Shown here: positions 37,050 to 49,594 of the stretch, piece by piece
How the letters are laid out: each line of letters opens with the position of its first letter
How positions within the stretch are numbered: the stretch's first letter is position 1
From: Lama guanicoe
Lineage: Eukaryota
Length of the DNA stretch: 64,000 bases
Direction: 5' to 3'
Assembly: GCA_013239625.1 (NCBI GenBank)
Contig: MU053379.1
Location: 4,049,229 to 4,113,228 of the forward strand
Translations under genes and position numbers: made by a program
Notes under the pieces: model-generated
The model's database searches: none
Told to the model about the DNA's origin: nothing
The model's input: the letters and a program-made list of their open reading frames with translations, nothing else

Positions 37050-38270
37050 AGCTTTGCTGGCTCAAGCGCACGCCGGTTTGTGAATCCCCGGCGCAGCCCG
37101 TCCGTAAAGCAAGCCGCGGCGCGGTTCCGAGACGCTGAAGTTTTCCTGGGCGCCTCCCAGTTCCGTGTGACCGCGAAGCGGGGGTTCTCTCTTCTAGTAA
37201 GTCCTCCAGGAGCCATAACCTACGTGACCCCGTTTCTGTGGAAGCTGGCTGCATCTTCCGCGGCCACTGAGTCCTCCGTGTGAAAAGGTGACCTTTCCCT
37301 GTGTGAACAAAACCTCATTCGAATGGGTGCACTCTCGCGCTCACGTTTGGAAATGTGTTTGCATAAGGATTTATTCACGGCTGAGAAGGTTCCTGAGATT
37401 CTCTGCCCCCTTCGCCGCCGCTGCCTCGGGGCTCTGTGATGAGGGCCCGCAGGGATGCCGTCCCGCCGAGGCCCGGGACCCCCGGGCCTTTACTCCCCCA
37501 CCTGCAGAGTGGCCCCCGGCCCCTTCCCCTCCCGAGAGGAGCGGGGGCGCCAGGGCAGACGCCCACGGCGAGCGGAGGCGGCACTCCCTGGCCTGGTGTT
37601 GGCAGGGTCCACATCGGCGCGCGGCCGCGCATCCGTTCCTCAGCTTGCAGAGCGACAGACTCGGAAAGGGCACGTCCAGATGCTGGCGCGCGGGCGCGAA
37701 GACGCAAACTGCCTACTCGGGCCAGCCGCCCCCCACCCCCCCCGCCCAGGCCGGCCTGGCCGGCGGCGGCGTATCAGCGCGCGCCCCGAAGCTCCGGAAG
37801 CGGAAGCGGAGCTTCGACCGCGGCGGAACGGAACGGGCTCTGCGCTCGGGGCGGGGCCGCCGCCCCTTCGAGCTGCACAGAGCTGGGGGTGCTCTTTGCT
37901 TCGGGGGAGTTTTAAGCCCAGGGATGTGTGAGGCCTGGGACACGTGACTAGCAGAGGCGAGGGCCCGGGGCAGACGCCTGCCCTACAGGGCGGGAGGTGC
38001 GGCTGCGTTCTTCCCTGGAAACGGCTTCCCGCGCGGCGCCCCGACTGGAGGGAAACAGGGACCCCCATGGGTGTGGCCTCTCCTTAAACCGGCTTCCGGG
38101 CGTCCCCCGGGTCGAGGCTGTTGATCTCTGCAGGCATGAGGGGTCTGAGCTCCCGCAGCGCCCCTGCAGACCATGAATCCCGGGAAGGGGAGTGGCAGAC
38201 CTTCGGGATAACGGGAGCACGCGTCCCTGTAGCCAGCGATGCCCGGGGCAGTCAGAGCAGCACGGCGCGC
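37050..38270. promoter_or_regulatory. CpG island with promoter motifs; no gene recognised
   Basis: Tandem ETS sites CCGGAAGCGGAAG at 37794-37806, GC box at 37848-37857, CACGTGAC E-box at 37941-37948, reverse ETS at 38093-38099. Confidence 0.75.
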
Positions 38271-39199
38271 ACTGCTGGAAGCCGGGAACTTTCTCATCCC
38301 CCCAAGGCTTCTCACCAGCTTCCGATTTCTCTGGCTCGGGGGCTCGGGCGCATGGCTGGAGGTCTGCACTGGCCTGGGAGGCCTTTGAGCCGTGTATCTG
38401 CCCTTGATCTATCGGCTCCCATTTCTGGGCAAATTAAGGTAGAATAATTCTATTTCACCAAAAGTCAACTCTAACGGGTAGGATCCTCTGCCTCTACCTC
38501 CCCGTCTTCCGTCCTGGCCAGACCGCAGCCTCAGGGAGGCAGATCTCAAAGCCAAAGAAGGAAAGTTGAGTCGGCGGGAAGGGCGCTCAGCCACCTGTCT
38601 GCACGGAACGTGCCCACCGGGTGTAGGGGGAGAGACTGTGCGGCCAGCTCCCGAGGAGGGAGCCCCATCGGGGTCAAGGGCCAGGGCTGGCTCACGTTGA
38701 GGGTGGGCAGAGGCTGCCCGTCGGTGGGGGTCCTTGCCCTGGAGAGATGTTGGCCTTGAAGTGCAGCCCCCTGGGTGCACGCCCTGCTGGCAGAACAGAC
38801 CCGGAGGTGCTGTGTGTGGACACGCACGGCCCCGCCGAGGTCTGCGTGTGGGAGGAGCTGGCCCTCTCTTATCCTGGGTGGGGTGGAGGACTTGAAGCTG
38901 TGAGGTTAAGAAGTAAGACTGCATGCGTCCCAGAAGGGCAGACACCTTTCAGGCTCCTCCCCCAATGGGGCCACCTGTGTGCTTTCCCCTGTCTTCATGC
39001 CATCCACTCATTGCTTCAGTCCACCTTCACTGGGTGCCTGGCGAGCAGCGCTAGCGGCTGGGCCCTGAGATGAGCCCTCCGGCCTCACAGAGCCCTCACT
39101 CACCTCCCAGAGCTTAATGAGTCCTGCCCACTCCCCTGGTTTTCTCCCATGTGCTCCGATGCCCAAACTCGGGCAAGCAGGTGTGGTAAGCACTGTTCC

Positions 39200-40300
39200 C
39201 ACATGGCACCAGGAAATTGGACGTGACAGTTAATGGAGCAGAACAGAAACCCAGAGAGTGCAGTGTGTACGAAAATCCAGGCTGTGATATGAGGGGCTTT
39301 CAAAATCATAAGAAAGGGAAAGAATGAAAGCTAATGAGACAACTAGTTAAATCTCTGGGGGAAATGTCCAGATGAGAGCCCTGTGTAACATCATCGACAC
39401 ACTCGCATGCATTCCAGATGAATCTGATTTCCTGAAAGTTCAAAGGTAAGCACTGTCATGCGATAGAATTAAAATAAAGATCAGAGGGATAGAGGAATAG
39501 ATTATTTCAGGGCAAGGAGCTGTTGGGTAAACAGCGAAGCAAACAGAGGTACCACCGAGAAAGAGAGGCTGTACTTGGATCCATCAAATATCAAATTTCA
39601 AAATACACGAGACCACAATGCACATGGCAGACAAAAGACAAATTGGCAAAGGATACGAACTCACTGAAGAAGAAAGAGAAATGTGTGGTAAATACACGAA
39701 GAAATGTATTTAATTTGTAATCAAACGTCAGTAACGTCAACACATTTAGCATAGGTATCTATATTTAGCACATATCCAACATATATCCTATAAAATGGGC
39801 CAAGGCTTTCCTTTTTAATGAATATACTCAGCACTTTATAAAAGTGCGTAAAGAAGATGAGCAGTCCTGTCTACGCAAGGAAATGTGTATCAGGATGGCC
39901 GTTCAGAGGGGAAGCTTCAAAATAAGTGCAATGTTAAGATATTGGATGATCATAAGGATTATAATAGGAGATTGGAGACAAGATGGTCCTTATAGCACTG
40001 GATACAACTGAACAAAAAAGGAAACACACAAAGTTTCCAACAGTAAAGAAAGTCTAACCAATCACGGCATTCGTGCACAGGATTGGGATGATACGAAGGT
40101 AATAAAAACCAGGTAGCAGACAAGTGCATTTAACTATGGAAACAAACTGCAATGTATTTTAAGGGTAAAATTACCGAGTATATGCAGTCATTTATTTGTT
40201 CAACATACTGAGTGAAGGACTTAATTACATAAGTAACAATAACGTACGCATATATGTAAAGAAAACATGTGGGGACAACAGCAGTGGCTGCTTCGAGGCT
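39200..40300 (+). mobile_element. Very old, degenerate LINE-1 remnant
   Basis: A-rich tract with patchy ORF2-like motifs (aatggagcagaacagaaacccaga, aaattggcaaaggatacgaac, tttccaacagtaaaga). Confidence 0.55.
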
Positions 40301-40812
40301 GACTGGTGGGCACGGTCAGGACTGCCACTCACACCTGCCGTTGCTGGTCCCAGCAGACACACAGACCCTCGGGAGCCGGAGGGGACGACGAAGCTCGCGC
40401 ACCCCGTGCCCACGTGCCGCTCCCCCTCCCGGTGTGCTTCATGCCTTGCTTCCCCCCCCTAAGTTAGAACATCTCGTGCTTTTTATTTTGCAAAACTCTT
40501 CCTCTGAAGAACTTAATAATGGCAGAATGAGATGATAAAATAGCTCCAGCTGACTTTTTTTTTTTTTTTGAATAATTACCCTGAGCTGGTTTAAGGGCTT
40601 TGATGCATGACCGGAAATTTCAGCATAACTTACAACTTCCCGGATGCTGCAGAGACACTGAGAGGACTTGCCTTGGCCTCTCAGTCTCCGAGCCCCCCTG
40701 AACCCCCCGTTCCTCAAACTCTCCCATGATTCTCCGCTACAGAGTGCGTTTGGGGCAGGGGATGTAAAAGTGCGACTGGCTGAGAGCAAAGCCACACCAC
40801 GAAACCAGCTGC

Positions 40813-40900
40813 CTCCTTCCCCTTTCCTCGTCCCCATGGGGATGAGATCACTGCCTGCCATCTTGCCCTGAGGGTCCGGAGGGTTAAGTGAAGTGGCACC
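40813..40900 (+). repeat. 88-bp dispersed direct repeat, copy 1 (MIR-like)
   Basis: 87/88 identical to 42340-42427 by manual comparison. Confidence 0.92.
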
Positions 40901-42339
40901 GGACTACGAGCTGCTTATAATCTTTCCACTTTTCCTTGTAAAGACCTTCCGAAAGTGTGTGTTCTCAACACAGCAAGCGTAGGGCCACCTAGGCCAGTCA
41001 AGATCAGAGACTGGATGTTTTCCCCCGAAAGAGCCGTCTTGTTGTATGAAGTGCCTGTCCTAGGAATTATGGGACATGATTATTTAATCACTCTTCAGCA
41101 CAGATTTGCATTAGATACGCAGGGACATGTGAGGTATGGTTCCTGTCTGCAAAGGATTTATCACCTCTCGTGTCAACATGTCTTCCCAGTCCCCCCCGAC
41201 ATAAAAAGAAAAAGAAAGCCTTCCTGTGACCTCCTGTCTTCTCACCTGGGACTCTACCTGCGTCCTCTTGAATGTCCCTTCTAAACTCTCCCTGCTTTCT
41301 GATCAGCCATCAGTCCATAACCCATCAGTTGGCTTTCCATCCCATTTCCCATCAATAATGAACAGAACGTGATCTCCTGAAGTCAACAACCACTGCCAGC
41401 TGTGAGGCCCGCCAGCCTCTCCTGTGTCCTCCCCTGCCTTTATTTCCTCCCTGAAATGTCCCTCTGCCATCACCTGCTGGCTGTGGAAAGCCCTCTCCCC
41501 ACGTCCTCACCTGCCACCGAGATTTGCGTGCTACCTGTCACAGTGCTTGTCTCTTCTGTGTCTTGGTCTTTCTTATGTAAACCTACCAGCTCTGTCACCT
41601 GCAAAGACCTTCTCTATGTGTGACTCCGAAACCTGGGTCTGGAGCTCACGTCTCTCCTGAATGACGCAGCTCCCGCCCCCGCCGTGTCCTCACCTCATCA
41701 CCAAGCCCACGCCTTCTTCACAGGAGTAACTGCCATAACCCACAACGTGACTTCCTGTCTCTAGCCTTGTGCCCCTGCCCACAATTGCCTTTCTAAATCA
41801 AGTATGGTCAAATAGAAACTTGGGGCAAGGAAGGAATAGCCACTCTCCCTTAAACCTCTGTGTTCACATCTGCAGGAAATCTGTCCTTGTAAATGACTCA
41901 AATTCGTGATGCGTAAGAATGAGAAGCTGGAGTTGTGCAGTGCGCAGCCTGTGTGACCAGACAGAGCAGCTCAGCTTCTCCTCATGGGGTCCCACAGTCA
42001 CCAGGTCAGGATTTTGAGGCAGAAAGAACACATACAGGTCATTGGTCCCAACGCTGTATTTAGAGCATCCATGTTTCCCACAAATGGCCTTTGGCCCCAG
42101 TGTGACATCTCCAGTGACTGGGAACTCACTATTTCTGAAAGCATCTCTCTGTGCTTCTTAACTGAGCACAGAAAGTGAACGTGCTGCCCTTGAAGCTTCT
42201 GGTTATTGCAAATCTGGCACAGGCTGGGGCTCTGCAGGCCAGGGAGCAGGCCAGGGTGTGGCTAAGGGTGTGATTTGGTGAGCAGCAGAGCTCTGCCCGA
42301 GCAGCTCCACTATTTACTAATTAAGAAATTCCTTAATTT

Positions 42340-42427
42340 CTCCTTCCCCTTTCCTCGTCCCCATGGGGATGAGATCACTGCCTGCCATCTTGCCCTGAGG
42401 GTCCTGAGGGTTAAGTGAAGTGGCACC
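42340..42427 (+). repeat. 88-bp dispersed direct repeat, copy 2 (MIR-like)
   Basis: 87/88 identical to 40813-40900. Confidence 0.92.
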
Positions 42428-42966
42428 AGACAAACGAGGCTGCACATTAGCTCTCATGCACCCTCTGCTCCTGCCACCTGGACACTCCGTTTTCCCTTCA
42501 GCCTCTCTGTGTCCGACATGATTGGCAGCTCCTCCCATGTCCCGACCACATCCTTCCAAACGTGCTGCTTCTGCCTGGAGGTGTCTAGACTTGAACGCTG
42601 CCCCTTGGATGCCTTCCATGCCTCAGGCATTGGGTAAACTCGCCTGATTTGTGTTCAAGACAGGCTGTTACTCATGAATCAAGAATCTTGTTAGGTGCTT
42701 GTCTGTCATAAGTCTCTGCCTCTCTCTTTCTGGGCTGTGAGTTCACGGGGGTCTCCGCTCTCCCTTGTGCCCCCGGCCACACAGGCGCACCGCCGGTGAC
42801 CCACAGTGACTTACCACATGCCGGCTCAGCTCGGATTCTGGCGCTGTCACCCTTCATGGGTGGGAGCCATCTGAGCCAGGGAGTGGCTGGTTTTGAGGGC
42901 TGCACGGTTCTCTTTGGACCTTCCTTCTTGCTCCGTCACAGTCCTGGCTATCAGTTTCTGCTTTAC

Positions 42967-43340
42967 TTTTTTAAAAAACAACTTTATTGAGACAGAATTC
43001 ACATACCATAAAATTCACTTATTTCAAGCGGCTTTAGTACTTTCATAGACTCGTGCAACCATCACCACAATCTAATTCTAGAACATTTTCATCGCCCCCA
43101 AAAAAGAACCCCACACCCACTCGAAGTCATTCTGCATTCCCGCCCCCACCCCCAGGCCCTGGCCATGAGGCTTGCCTGTGCTGGACATTTCATCGAAATG
43201 GAACCACACATCCCACGTCCCTTTGTGACTGGCTTCTCACAGCATCGTATTTTCAAGATTCATCATGTGTCAGCTCTTCACCATTTTTTCCTGCCGATTA
43301 ATAACCCCTCAGACGGGGTGCCGCGTTTCACCCGTCCCCA
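42967..43340 (-). mobile_element. Old LINE-1 (L1MB-like) 3' end
   Basis: caactttattgagacagaattcacataccataaaattcac...gtgcaaccatcaccacaatctaattctagaacattttcatc...ctggacatttcat. Confidence 0.85.
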
Positions 43341-46300
43341 GCTGGTGAGCACTTGGCTGGCTTCCTCTTCCCTGGTTCTCACTTTCGGTTCCCTATGACT
43401 CCAGTTTAACGAAGTCCCTGGGAGACACAGGGGTGACTTGGGCGTGAAGGAGGATGGTCTCCTCCGGCGGCATCTCGGGCAGAGGGGGCCCGGGGTTCGC
43501 TCGCAGGAGGGCCCCGCAGCCCCACGCCATGCACAGACCCTCACCAGGACTCAGACCCTGTCCTCTCCTTTCTCACTTAATGTTTCTAGATTCACCAAGT
43601 CCCAACAGCCCGCCGTGCGCCGCTGCAGGCAGACTTTGCTTCTGGAAGCTCTGCAGCTCTGACTTGGACCTCTAGGGGTTGGAAGAGGACCCTCAGCCCC
43701 TGGGACCCTGGTCTCAGCCGCCGGGAGCCTCTGTTTTGTGGCATTTTACAACCACTTCAGAATCGACGCCGTGTGCAGGCTCTAGATGTGCACGGCGTGA
43801 ACACGGGTGTCCGGGGAGAGATGTGCAGCCCTCTCATTTCCTCAGACATACCCCCCGCACACACGCAGACATTCTTCCCAGTGCAGACAGCCTGGCAGCC
43901 TCCTTTCAGCACCATCTGGGAGAGCTGGCCACAGTCTTGTTAGTAACGAGACCTTCCTCCTTACGTACGGGGGTTCCTTAAATTCCCACCCATTTAAGCT
44001 GCAAAAACCTGAACTCTGACGGAAGAAATTGTTCAATTTGCTTAATTCTTTATCATTAAGATGCAAACTATACTCAGACATGAACTTCCTACGAGGGCTT
44101 CGGCTAAAGCTTTGTGTCATTCTGTCGGGGTGCACTGTTATTTGAAAAGTGATTACTGTGCAGGCTAGAAAAGTCCTGCAAGAATATCCTTTGATTTTTC
44201 TAATTACAACTTTTCTACCTGGATATATTTTCCACTTTTCTTTTCTCTGTCTAGGACATTTCCTGCTCTACAGTGGGCAAATTTCCCAGAATAGCTCAAA
44301 CTCAAAATACCCACCGATGGACAGACAGACAGACTCGTAACCCCCGCCGCCTTGCTCCGCGCGGTGCCAGCAGCGCTCCTCCGCGGGAGCACACGGGCTC
44401 GCTCGCGCCTCCGTTCTCGCAGCGGCCTCTTGGGTGTGAGGGAGCGGAGGGAGGTTCTCGGCACCGTCGCCCACAGTCGTCTCGGAATGTTTCTCTGCGC
44501 CCTCAAAAGCCTTCATGTTGAACAAACGTCCGATGTTCCTTCACTCACTGCTGAATGTTGACTTAGCTTGAGGAAAAAAAAACTAATTAAAAATGTGGAA
44601 AATGCAAGCGTGGTTGATTCAAACAGCTTTCCAAAGGCATTCTCTCCCGCCACGTCAGCCTCCCATGGAGGGCTGAGCTCCTCACATCAATTATATTTTC
44701 TAGAGACCAAACAAATCATGAAATTACTCTTGTCCCCAAATGATCGCACACAGATTTTGCTGAGAAAGCACACTGGACGTTCAAGTGTTAGCACTGGTTT
44801 TTAAGAAGTTATGCTTTTTCATGTTTAGGTAACAAAAGACTAAAACTGGTCGCTAAATAGGGTGTTTTCATTCATGGTGATTGACAAAGATTCATGAAGT
44901 CAGCTTTTTTTTTTTTTTTTCACCAGTCCCTCGTTCCAGAATTCCATTTGGAGTTTATCAGGACAAAATGTTTTCGGTTCTGCTCTCTCTGGCCCTGTTT
45001 GCTGAGTTCCGCAGGGTTTGTCCACAAGTTCTGCTTGAGTAAACCGTGTTTGGACAACCCCACAGTCCACCTGGGCCCTTTGCAATGACTGGGCCAAGGT
45101 CAGTTTTATATTCTGCTGAAATCACACAGTGACACTGGAGATAAACAGAATGTTTACTCTCCCCGTGTGAGCCCGGGCTGATATGTAAATTCATCCGTAT
45201 TCTTTCATCAAATTTGCATTCCCCCCTCTTAGCCAAACACTGCAGGGTTCCAAATCAAACAGTTTTAATGATGGTCCACTCTTTATGACCGATGACCATA
45301 TCAGAGAAAAAGAAGCAGCAATTTAGATTAAAGCGAACGGCGTGGCGGCTCCGAACCTCCCCTCCAGGTCGGTGGGAATTGGGGAAGTCTGCATACAAGA
45401 GGTGTTTGATGCTCCGCCGCTTGGCGGTAATTACCAGGTCTTCCACTCTGTGTGGCCTGCTCTGCCCTGTTATCTGCCACCCACACACCCCACTCACCTG
45501 TCACCACTATTGTTTTTCCTGGGGTCAAACAAACCCAGTCCCTTTAAGCAGATTCTTTCTATTAAAGGAAAAAAGACAGGAGGGCATAAAGGAAAACTCA
45601 GTCCTCTCTGCAAACTGAGTCCCATCGCTGGCAAAAGCCACCAACAAACAAAAACTCTGTAAACGCGGGTGGTACGTAAAGTGAGGCGTGAAGATGGAAC
45701 GGCGGGTGTCGGTGAGCGGGTGCTGCCCCCTGGGACGCGGTTCTGCCGCCTGTGTGTGGCTCTCAGGGGCGAGGGGACCCCAGGCAGGAGGCTGCCTTCC
45801 CCCCCTCCCTCAAAGGTGAGCAGGAATCGCGGAGGCAGGAGGTTCAGGGCGCCCCACAGCCTCAGGGCCCTGGGAAGCCGCTCCCCAAGGCTTAAACCTC
45901 TCTGTGCGGTTAAACAAGGGTGAGCCTCCCAGAACGAACGTGATGGATAAAATTAGTACCTGTGTTTGCTCTCCATTCTTTTCGAACAAAAGGAGCTATT
46001 TCTGTGTTAGGAGTTTGTAGAACACAGGGGATTAAGCGGTGGGACCACACACCCACGGCTTGGGGGCTGGGGGCCGCGGGCAGGCAGGAGACACAGCCCA
46101 GGAAGGGCAGGACCCCTCCCATTGTCACTCGTTCCCCAGCGGGCGGGTCTGGGCCTGGCCCCACGCCTGTCCCGCTGCAGGGCCCTCCTGGCATCCTGTT
46201 TGGTTGTGGCACCAGAGGAGAAGCCAGCAAGTTCAAAGCACGGGGTCTCTGGGACAGGCTGCACAAAGAAGAGAAAAGGGACATTCTTTCAGGGGCTCCT

Positions 46301-46569
46301 GGATGCTGCTTCCTGGGCGGAATGAAAAGTGGCGAGCGCGGGCCCGGGCCTTGCTAGGTTACTGAAGCTCCCGCGCTTGGAATGTCAGAGCCATCAGTTC
46401 AACGGCTTGTCCCGCCGCAGAAGGGACGCGAGTCAGGCCGGCGGGGCACCGAGACAGGGCCTCTGCCCAACCCCAGTGCGCGGACACCACGGCGAAGGGA
46501 GAGAAAGGACAGGAGGCGGCAGAGGGCTCGAGGGCGGCTGGGGGTGGGCGGGGGACACAGTTTCCTTTT

Positions 46570-47060
46570 CAGAGTGGCTGTCAAATGGCGATCTAATTGT
46601 GGCCAGGCTGCAGGAGAGAGCAGATAGCTTTTCTGAAACCCACAAGTATTTCTGCCATTCATGGGGCCGGAGGACACCACACACAGTCTGTTTGTTCAAC
46701 GTAAGCAAACAGATTGTAAACTGGCTGATAATTTTTGTACTGACAATGTCATTTACAGCTGTCAGCCTTTCGTCTCCCTTGTTTGCTTTATTCAAATATG
46801 AACCAAGCGGACCTCCCTTCCAGAGCTTTCTTCTGCATTAAAATCACATCCATTCCCTTCCAAGCTGTCTTATCTAAAATTCATTGGAGGCCAATCAGTT
46901 GGCTGAATGCTTTGTTGTTTCCATGGAGGCAAGAAGTCTAGTGTGGACTTTCGGGGATTAGGAAGTTTCAGATTTACAGCCTTGAAGTGCCCATTTCTTT
47001 CAGTTGGCTTCTTTTGATTGCCCAGAGGCAGGAAATTTAAATATAATTTTATGTCTGAGC
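46570..47060. promoter_or_regulatory. Candidate enhancer / conserved non-coding element
   Basis: Non-repetitive AT-rich block in GC-rich surroundings, with clustered FOX, GATA, MEIS/TALE, E-box and CCAAT motifs. Confidence 0.5.
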
Positions 47061-49577
47061 CGGGAGCCGAGCTTAAAAACCTGATCGTCCTCACCAGCAG
47101 CTGCTTGGTAACCGCAGGGCCCTCCTCCCCGAGTTTGTCCTCGGCATGTGCTGCCCGGGGGCCTGTCGGCATGCACCCCCGGGCCCTGGGCCCTGGCCAC
47201 CGCGCCCGCCTGGCGTTGCTGCACCTCGTGTCTCCCTCACGGAGCTTGGTCTGGGGGCCTGCCTGCCGGGGTGTCGCCCGCAGTTCTGGGAGCCTCCTCT
47301 ATTGTTCACAGAGGTCACAGCCCTTTCCGCTAATAATTCACGTCAGATGGGCTGTCCGGGGACAGGCCGGCAGCTGCGGGCAGCGCCCCTGTGCTGAGGG
47401 GGCACAGCGCATCCTTCAGGAGAAAACTTAGGCGGCAGCCTGGTCGCCTTCCTCACTGCACCTGCTGCTGCCGTCGAAGGTTGAATGCTCTCCATCCAAG
47501 TTGCGCTCAAGCCTTTGGGCTACGTGCTCCTGTACTAATGACAGCTTCAACCCAGGGGCGTCCTTCCCAGGAGAGCGAGGTCGCTGGCTTCTCTGGGGAA
47601 AGAGCGACCCCTTGGGAAACCTGGGACTCCTGGCCTCTCTGTCCAGTGGGTCAGATCCCAGAGACCGTCCGCCGTGTAGCGAGCACCGTGTTGCTGCAGG
47701 TGGAACTTTAAAATGTAGCATCACTGGCTGACATGACTCGGACGTGATTTCTGACTGTGGCGGTCCGTCCCAGCTCTTACTTCCTCAGTCTGTAAAATGC
47801 GCACAGCATGTTCGTCAGCCCGTCAACCGATACCGAGAATAGATGACGTGTGACAAGAAATTCACCATGAAAACCTTTATAAATCTAGGTTCAGTACCAA
47901 AGGCCACCCCAACTCAACTTGGCAATTCTCCTTCAAGTCAACGCGACTAGCCTCGGATCCTTGTTTGGTGCTAACTCAGCTTCAGAAACAAAATCCTAGC
48001 AGACGTACGAACATACATGTGGTCACCTGAGAGCCGTTCGAGAGCGTGTCCAATCTCATGTGGGATGGAATTCGGTAGAAAATACAACAGAACTGAGGTT
48101 TTGGAGAAAAGAGGTCTCAGTAGAGGCTGCTAAAGGGGGACTGTTCATTCCACCTGCTGTAAAAAGCGCGTGGTGTGTTCTGAAAGCTGGTAATTTAAAG
48201 TGCAAACCAGTGTGAACTATAAAGTAGCTTCGGGTCTTACTGGCACGCGAGCTAATTTGCTGTGGGGGCCGGGAGCTGCACCCGCGCCTGGCTAGCCTTT
48301 ACCACGGTGCTGTCGCCAGTCTGGGGTCTGGATGGCGCTAACGAGTCTTGCTGTTTTAGAAGGAGACTACGTTGCACCCAAGCCCTCAGGTCCCTGGGCT
48401 CCAAAGACGCCCTTCTTGCTGAGAAGGCAGCTTTAGTCTTTGCCCCTGAAGAGACAAGCTGCGCTCTGGCGGGCGGTGGGCGCAGGGGGCGTATTGAGCA
48501 GGGCGTCTCCGACGTCCTGCTCTTTTAAGTGCTGCCGGCATCATTAGAATTTTTCATTCTGTTCATTAACACACAGCTGGTCTATTTACTGGAATTTCCG
48601 TGCGGCAGGGACGCTGTCCAGGCAGCCATCTGCACGGGGTCTGTCCGGCACTGACCTCGCCCCCATCCCCACCGAATGGAAAGACACAGCTCACACCCTT
48701 TATGAGCAATTCCAGAAAGCAAGATGCCCTGAACACTGAAATGCTGGCCCCAGACTCAGGTGGTGACCGAGGCGGCCGTGACCCACCTGGGCTGGCGTCG
48801 GGTCCTCACTCGCCCCACGAGCACCTGCTGCAGAAGCGTCTGTGCTTGGCTCTGCGGCTGCTCCCCAAGATCTCACTGGGGATGTGGTTAAATACACGCG
48901 ATAGTCCCCATTTGCCTTTTAAAACCTGGAACCACAGAGGTGGAAACACATTTGGACCCCAGGGCCTGAGACAGCTGCCTGGGGTGTGTTCCTGCAGCTC
49001 CGTGGGGAGCAGGGTGATGCCCAAGAAAGCCTCCGGAACGTGGGGCTAACTGCTCTGCTGTGAACGGACAAGAAAGGGCACTGTGTTCAGAGAAGGGGGA
49101 TGTCACACTGTTCACATACAAGACGGGGAGGAACTGAGGGACCGAGCATAGCTGCAGGGCCTGTCTGACCCAGCCGGGGCCACCACCAGTGTGATGTCTG
49201 GCACCCTCGGCGGAGGGAAGGGAAACAGAGAGGGCGACAGGGCGCACAGGGAGAGCCAGAGCTGCGGGCGACCTGAGGAAGGTGCTTGCTGCGCCTCCGT
49301 GCTGTGACAGCAGCACTTCGGTAAGCGTGAAGTTAAATCCGAGTACGGCTATAAAACGCCAAAAAGAGCAGCAAAGAAGGGCACAGAGGAGGGTCTCCGC
49401 TGACGCTTCTCCCCCTTCCTCCCGGTGGCCGAGGCCGACGTGAGCAAAGAGAAGCCCACGAAGAGGGGAAGACACGGGAGCCTGGGGAGCAGAGGAGGAC
49501 AGTGGATGGAGGAGGAGAGGCAGAGGATCGCATGTGCAGGGAGCTTCAGCGTCACCCACCCGCACACAGCAGCCCGC

Positions 49578-49594
49578 TAGCGCCCCCCGCGCGG
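49578..49594 (-). promoter_or_regulatory. CTCF-type motif in a CpG-rich patch
   Basis: Minus strand reads CCGCGCGGGGGGCGCTA. Confidence 0.55.
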
